Shown one piece after another: positions 57,098 through 64,000 of a stretch of DNA of 64,000 bases (the stretch's first letter is position 1; each line of letters starts with the position of its first letter). The notes under the pieces were generated by a model. That model saw only the letters and a list, made by a program, of their open reading frames with translations, made no database searches and had not been told where the DNA came from. Made by a program: the position numbers and the translations under genes. Source of the stretch: Magallana gigas (Eukaryota); contig NC_088855.1 in NCBI RefSeq assembly GCF_963853765.1, forward strand, positions 36,402,205 through 36,466,204, in the 5' to 3' direction.

Positions 57098-60000
57098 ATG
57101 TACATGCATTGTAAATATACTGCCGACACAACGCAAATTCCATTACATAAGACTAACAGAGTTATCGTCCTTTCGAGTGACGTCACAATGGATTTCTTAC
57201 ACATTGATCCGACAGAATTTTTCGGAGTCAGTAAATTTCGACCCACAATGCAATTCCTCAATGTCGGACGATCTCACTAGACTGGATACCATCTCGCGAG
57301 AATCAAAGTAAAACTTTTGAGAAACAGATAAATTATGTAATTTCAAGGACATAATGCTTTTAAATAAACAAAACAGTATATTTCGCGGAGTTATTTTTTT
57401 TAAAGGATGTTTTCAGAGAGACAGACGACACTTGACCGACGTGAACTTTGACGTCACAATAAGGGGAAATTACTCTAAGTAGTTATTGTAAAACTGCTAA
57501 AATATAAATACCAAAATCTTTTCAAAATCTTGCAGAGCTAACGAATAGGGACATTTCTTCAAAGATAGGAAACAACTATAACTTGCTCTCATTTGGATGA
57601 ATGCTCACATTTATTTTATTCACTATATTTACGGTTATTTCCAGGAATGTTTTTTTAAAAGGGTGCGTGGCAACATCATTCTAAAATTCTTCGCAAGCAA
57701 AAAGAAAAAAATTCTCAAAATCAGGAAAATTCTAATCCGGATGAAGAATTGGGAGTGCGTAGTATGCCTTTAGCTCTTTAGCTGCTCAATACTCAAACAA
57801 TAGTATCTTTATTTTCACTTCCATTTATTACATGCTCCCGGGGGATCCATTTTCATTATATGATCAGCAAGTTTTTTTTATACGTGAATTTGATTTTTTT
57901 TTTAAACGGGGGAGGGGGGGGGACTCTGTGATAAGTCAATTTTTCATGTAAGTTTAAGAAAAATGTCTGCTGCAAGAAAAGAGGAAATAAACTGTAATGT
58001 ACATTATGTTAAAATCTTTATTATTCAACAACATTTAAATTTATCCAAGATAAATTCTATATATAAATAGATAACAAAATCTTATGAATTATGAATGATG
58101 AAAATTTACTGGAAAAAATAGGCATGCTTATTTTATTCTGCATTCAAATTCATTTACTTTACGTCGCTACTTTTATTTTTATTGTTTTATCATAATTGAT
58201 TATTTAACACATGCTGCGCTCGCCCCAACGGTCGCACCGTAATACATATTAATTATGTTCTCCAAATTATATCAGTTGCAATCAAAACTATTACGTCGAT
58301 AAATTATTTTGGGGGTCAACCGGAAGTGTGACATCGTCTGCTAGTCTATATATAGCCCATAACATGTAGTTTAACATTGGCAACAAAAAGACGAGTGCTC
58401 CGCTGTCATTGTTAGAAAGAAATTCGATTGTTGAGTAGCATAGAGCGGGTATCTCGGCAAGGGGTCACAGATCGCTAAGCAAACAGGACACACACTATCA
58501 ACTGTGTAAGGAGTTTTGAGACGTTTGAAAGACCGAAGAAGTGTTAGAAAACCAAAGTCGAGTGAGTTGAACTGTCGTAAAAGCAATCAGAAGGCACTCC
58601 CTATCATGATATACTGTATGTGCAACATTTAATGAGTTTAGACCTCATACTGTGTCAAAACGAACAAACCAGAAAAAAAAATATACGAAGAGAGGTTCCA
58701 CAAGTGTGTTGTGCAAAAATTTAGAGATACCGACGCACTAACGTTTAATGTTATAAATAAATACTCACTTACTTGTTTGAAATATTAAAAAAGTTTATTT
58801 TTTTTCTAGCCAAATGCAATTAATAGAATTAAAGCCAAGTACATGTTTTTACCATCCATTTCAGTTTAGATTTTTCAACTTTGCCCGCTTCTCTAAATGT
58901 CTTGGCTGCGTTTTACAAAAGAACTTACGATTTACGACCAAATGAACGGATGCTTATTGATAACAAACTAATCAGTGTTTCAATTTAGTGCCATTCAAAT
59001 AGGCTATAATAATAAAAATCAAAATATTTGTGATTTAACGGTTTTAAAAAAAATTGTATAGGAAAGATCAATCTATGAGACAAAAGATATATATACGACT
59101 TTGTCGTAAGTTCTTTTGTAAAACGCAGTCTAGCAATGCAGTTTTCACTTGTTTTTAATTTTAGGTAAAGAAAGCAGTTTAGAAAAATTTCGGACACAGT
59201 ATATATAAAAAATAAACAATATATATATGGTTCAACTATTAAGCATTGTATGATATTAATGCGGTGTACAGTGTTAAATATTCCCGTGCATCTAATAAGA
59301 ATTTAAACAAAAACTAACCAGCCAAGAAATCGCAGTTAACATCAAAATACCGAGTACTTGTTACACGTAACCATACTGAACTGAGACACCATCACACCTT
59401 AGGCCTCCAATGGTCCCAGGATTTAATTCCTAAAACCCCTTTCTAAAATTTCCACAGGATGCCAATCTTGGTAATTCGCAACCTATAGGCCATCATGATG
59501 CACCACTGGGGACCGAAAGAGTTGGTTGTGGGGGCAGGGTATCGTCTTAACAAGGAAAAGACAATTCTTTTGAGAGGTATGCCACCGCAATTTTTGACGG
59601 ACAAAGAAGAAACTTAAGGCTTATTTGAAACGACATGATGCAAAAACTGTGTAGTCTGTGTTCAAAGTACATGTACTACCAGGCTCAATTTGGCTGTTAA
59701 AACCATACAAGAGATCCCAGTTGTTTACCATGTTGGTTCACAACAACGATGTTCAATAGGATGTAGAGTTGGGGGAAGATTCAGTCAATCAACAGGCAGT
59801 CAATTTGCTTTTTGGATGTTGCTTATGAAATCGAACATTAAAGTCATTAAAGTCAGATTTATGTTACAAGTTGACATACTGGTGTAATACGACTGTAAAT
59901 GATATGAATTTAAACGTTTAAACAAAGAAGCAAGTTAAGATTCAGTATGTTTTGTTTTCTTTTACTGTTATATATAAAATATCGTTAGATTAAATAAAAT

Positions 60001-62748
60001 TCTCAGTTAAAAGCTTCCCCGAGGTAAAGGTTACATGCCGAAAAATGTCCATTCTATGAGAAGAAAGAACTGTTGAGGGGCCGTTAGGCCCGACAATATA
60101 TATACATGTAGTTGTTTCTTCTCACAGATTTATCGACAATTTGAGGCTTGTAACCTAATTAAAACATCTATTCCTTTGTGTTCAGAATGTACTTTTTTCA
60201 AGTTTTCTCTCTTGCAAATGACAATGAAGAAAACATTAATTGTTCTGAGTTGTCATCGTCTTATTGGATTGTCTCAGGTAAAGGGTTTGTTTTCAATTTA
60301 CAGTTTATAGAATTAATTGTAATTGTTAACTTAAGGAACAGTTACAGGTAAGTTCTTCCCCTGACCCGCATCTTTGCTAGCCAAGGGTTGTCGGTCCACT
60401 TTGCTACCCACAAACTTTTTAAGGGGAGCAAAGTGGACCGAAAACCCTTGGTTTTCAATAATTTAGAAAGAAATTATGAGATTTGTTCATATTTTAATTT
60501 TATAGCATCTTATCTATCCCCATATAGGCAGTTTACACGCCTTATTCACCCATCTTCTTTAAATTTTGAAATTGGAATTATTTTTTTCATCATTTACGAA
60601 TAACAAATATTCAAACTTGAACCTCCTTGTGAGTACTTGCTGAAATCCATTGCGGACATTTATTGGTGAGAAAACTATGTAGATGCATGCAAATGCTAAA
60701 AACCTTAATCCTTAACTTATGTTAGTATACACTTTTGTGTCGGTGTAATTGTTTATTTCAAGTTCAATGTTACCCGTAACTGTCCAATTAATAAGCTGTA
60801 AAAAGCGTATACTTTTAAATAATGGACAGCTTTTTATAACTTATTGGACGGTCACAGGTAAGATATTTGATTGTGTTTGTCATTTCAAGCATTGGAGGAT
60901 ATCAAAAGAACAAAGGAAGATATCATACTAATGTTTTAATTACATGTAGAATTCAACTCAGTGCAAAGGAACGACACTGACATCCTACGCTCGTAAATCG
61001 TAAACCAGAGAAGTTGGCCCAATCCAGGGCAAGAATGACAAACCGAGAAATAATTATCACAATATTTTTATTATTTCGGAGATATACTTTAAAATTTTGG
61101 ACTTGAATCCAACCCTTCATATATATATGGAGCTGAGATGAGATAGGAAAGAGCTTTGAGTAATAACCTGTAAGAATACTTATAGCTGAGAGAGGCTTCA
61201 AGACAAGTCGATGGACGAATAAAACAGTTACGGCTTGTGTAAATTGTTCATTTAGAAAGGGCAGACGCCATGGTCATTGCAGCCCCACAAGGAACGAGAT
61301 GTTTTGAAGATGTGTTCCTTGTGAAGTGCGACAAAGAGAGACCATAGCTTCTCATTCTTATCTGGTCATTCCACCAATGAGTCAGAAAACAGCTTGTGGA
61401 CATGGTGTGTTCCCGTTTTGCACACATTTGATAATTGGATATAGAACAATAGGTGTGAATTCTGTTGTGATAGCAATTATAGTCTGTTTTCGGTCAAAGA
61501 TTATACCTGGATTTTAACTTGTGTTTTATCATTCATTCATCAGCGCCATGAAACAAGAAGAATATAGATATTTTGTTGTGTTTTAGTCTAATAACTAATA
61601 ACTATTGGCATTTTTTCATTTGATAAAATAAAGTTCAAATTAATATTTTTAGTCTTAAATTTCTGCTCACTGATAAGAAAAATAAGGATGAGATGATTTG
61701 ACTTTTACATTTTTGCCCATTTACTTTGATGAATTGAGGAATAATTGATGGTCCCAAGCCGATTGGAAGCTGATTCAGTGGATAATCATATGATTAAGGG
61801 GAAAACTACATAGACAGTCATATGGGATACTCCGTGTCTCTTTTTACCACTCACATTATAGCTGCAAAATATGTAAAACGCATGTTTATAATTGGTTGTT
61901 TGGTATCAACAGAAAGAATATTATGAAACGAAACAGACCTTTATCACAAAATATTTCAATCTTTGAAGAAGCAACCTTGACAGTATATCTTATGATCGAC
62001 ATCACCGCTTTAATATACTGTGGGTCACTTTTCTGGTTTTTCAAATCAGTAGCTCAATAAATTCCGACAAAAATAATAATTTAAATATTGATTTAATATA
62101 CCTCAAACTGAAAGAGGTTGAAAATGTATGAATTAGGTCTACATTTGATAGGTTTTGTGAAAAAAATATTTTCAGTTTTTGAAGCATGAAAAATTGCCTA
62201 TTTAATCATCATATCATCAGACAGTTTTTCTATTTTCTTCGATTATTCAAGCCACAGCATATATGAAAAATATTTAGCAGCGTTTTCACTAGACACATTT
62301 CCTCCATTTATGTAAGCAAAAGCAATAAATAAATATTAATATATGATATTTTCTCTTCAAACTTGTAGCATGTACATGTACTTCCTAAAGGCGGGAAATT
62401 AAACAAAAAGCACTAACGTTACATACGCAACATTTTTGCAATAATCAGTTTTATTTAAAGAAATAAATAAAATTGTTCATGACCAAAACGATGTTTAAAA
62501 TTATATTCAAGAACGTGGATGTCAATTATTATGTAAATGTGCTTTTATGCAAGTTATATTGTAACATAAAATAAATGTAAATATCAGTTGCGAGTAGATA
62601 TGTCTTATATATTTCATTGTCAATTGCCCTTACAGGAACTATGATATAGACTATAGCAATTAAGCAATTATCTCACCTGGTCAAATTCCCGTTTCGCACA
62701 CATTTTTTCGATACCAAATTTTCAAATGGTGCAAAACGGGAACAAACC

Positions 62749-63009
62749 GTGGACATAAACGTAGAGAATTATTACATACCCAGAGACAGACAAACTAGAC
62801 GGAGTCACAGACTCAGACAGCCTTGGACCAGCAAAGAGGTATACAAAAATTCCTTCTTCCCGCGATCGGTGAGGGACTGGAATCGTCCATCAGAGCCAGT
62901 CACAGCAACACTACGATGGTTAACTCACAGTACACTTTTCGCCATGATGTCAATTAATCAACCCGTTTCTTGGCACCCCGTTCTGGAAAATTCTTTCCAT
63001 AAATACTAA
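62749..63009 (+). pseudogene. Possible retroelement-derived ORF fragment. Its identity is uncertain.
   Basis: An 86-aa ORF, ...YIPRDRQTRRSHRLRQPWTSKEVYKNSFFPRSVRDWNRPSE.... The ...FFPR..RDWN... motif resembles C-terminal tails of some invertebrate retroelement ORFs. There is no start context or splice support. A related 35-bp segment recurs at 63110-63150. Confidence 0.2.
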
Positions 63010-64000
63010 AATCGCATTAATTGTTCCATTTTATTTATTAACTTTTTGTATTAATCAAAGTCTGATGCAAGGTATCAGCCCGCGATGCATGATGATTTTC
63101 GCTAATCCGCATTCTTGGTTACCCGTTCTGGAAAGTTCTATCCCATTCTTTCACGAGAATGAGTATCAAATCTAAAATTGCCCACTAAAGAAACGAATTG
63201 ACTTATTTTAATTATTCAACATTTGTCAAACATTAACTTCTATGTATATTATAAAAAGGATTACAGTAAATATATTCACTCTTTACGTGATCATTTAATA
63301 TCATCTCACTGCAAGAATATATCTTAATCGAGACCATCTATGACTTGGATCCGCCAGACTGTCAATGTTCAAGTTTTGATAGCCTAGAATGAAAAAATGA
63401 CAATAACAAACCGTGAACCATCTCAAAAATCCATTAAACGAAATACAAATTCAAAGCAAAGCAATATGGACCTCCAAATAGATAGAGGTAGGATCAGGTG
63501 CCTAGGAGGAGTGAGCATCCTCTGCTGACCGGTCACACCCGCCGTGTGCTCTTTGTCGTAATCGGGAAAAATGGAAAAGTCCGTAGACAGTTAGGTGATT
63601 AATTATGGTCTAACAACTAGTATGAAAAACGTCAGTCAGCATGCGACCCAGTGGAAGATTGTATTTGCTGACAAGGTCGTTGTATCGACCATAGAACTTA
63701 CGAAAAGATTACTTCAAACGAGACTGTTAAGAGTCCTGTTTTATCACTTTGTTTGTCAGTAGCTTGCTTCGTCTTAGAAACTGTTCATCCGAAGGGCATG
63801 CCCTTGCGTATCGAATCAACTGAGAGACTAAAACACCATATGCAGGTGATGAAGGTATATTGCTACATAAGTAAGAAAAGTTGACTATAAAAAATTTGAA
63901 GTCATCGCATTTATCATTAAGTTTTGCTGTTAGGTTAACATCAATGTCTATGTCCAGTAAAATATCCAGATATGAAACAGATGACGCAGACTCTGTGGTA

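Noticed and set aside
58371-60603. Scattered 60-70 aa ORFs in the right-hand flank (58371-58586, 58985-59197, 59690-59887 and 60388-60603).
   Set aside because: No codon-bias contrast, no splice-site support and no recognisable motifs. The hairpin at 60378-60458 (caagggttgtcggtccactttgct...agcaaagtggaccgaaaacccttgg) is noted as a possible MITE end only.

Overview
This 64-kb window is AT-rich genomic DNA from an invertebrate animal, with spliced genes, microsatellites, MITE/SINE-like repeats and one intact-looking LTR retrotransposon. The gene content and repeat landscape look like a bivalve mollusc, but that is an inference. It is not prokaryotic, so the ORF track is useful only as a guide to exons. 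The gene identifications, including TMED-type p24, TFIIH p34/GTF2H3, EIF2B1 and PARP4, come from aligning by eye against the human proteins as I remember them; those sequences could not be checked here.

Reading left to right, the window contains:
- Exon 1 of a p24/TMED cargo-receptor gene on the minus strand.
- A three-exon hypothetical gene on the minus strand.
- TFIIH p34 (GTF2H3-like) on the minus strand, head-to-head with eIF2B-alpha (EIF2B1-like) on the plus strand. This mirrors the human 12q24.31 EIF2B1/GTF2H3 pair. The GTF2H3 ortholog contains a textbook U12-type intron.
- A large minus-strand gene whose 5' portion is a 4.1-kb single exon. That exon encodes RNA-Pol-II-CTD-like YSPTSPA heptads followed by about 1,100 aa of RS/RD-rich tandem repeats, and it appears to splice onto conserved globular C-terminal exons.
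- A vault-PARP (PARP4) ortholog on the minus strand, with BRCT, PARP catalytic, VIT and vWA domains across more than 25 exons. Further downstream on the same strand are ubiquitin-like-domain exons that human PARP4 lacks.
- A 7.4-kb Ty3/gypsy-type LTR retrotransposon (gag, protease, RT-RNaseH-integrase). It has a highly unusual terminal architecture: 185-bp inverted arms, an inverted core segment between the two LTRs, a 6-bp target-site duplication, a primer-binding site, a polypurine tract, a frameshift inside the RT domain and a C-terminal PHD-like finger.

A recurring oddity is tandem duplications that span exon/intron junctions and create decoy splice donors (two in EIF2B1), plus an 18-bp in-frame duplication in a third gene. 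The right-hand 9 kb has no convincing genes. It carries (TA)n tracts, a dispersed hairpin-containing repeat family and a G-rich nested palindrome.
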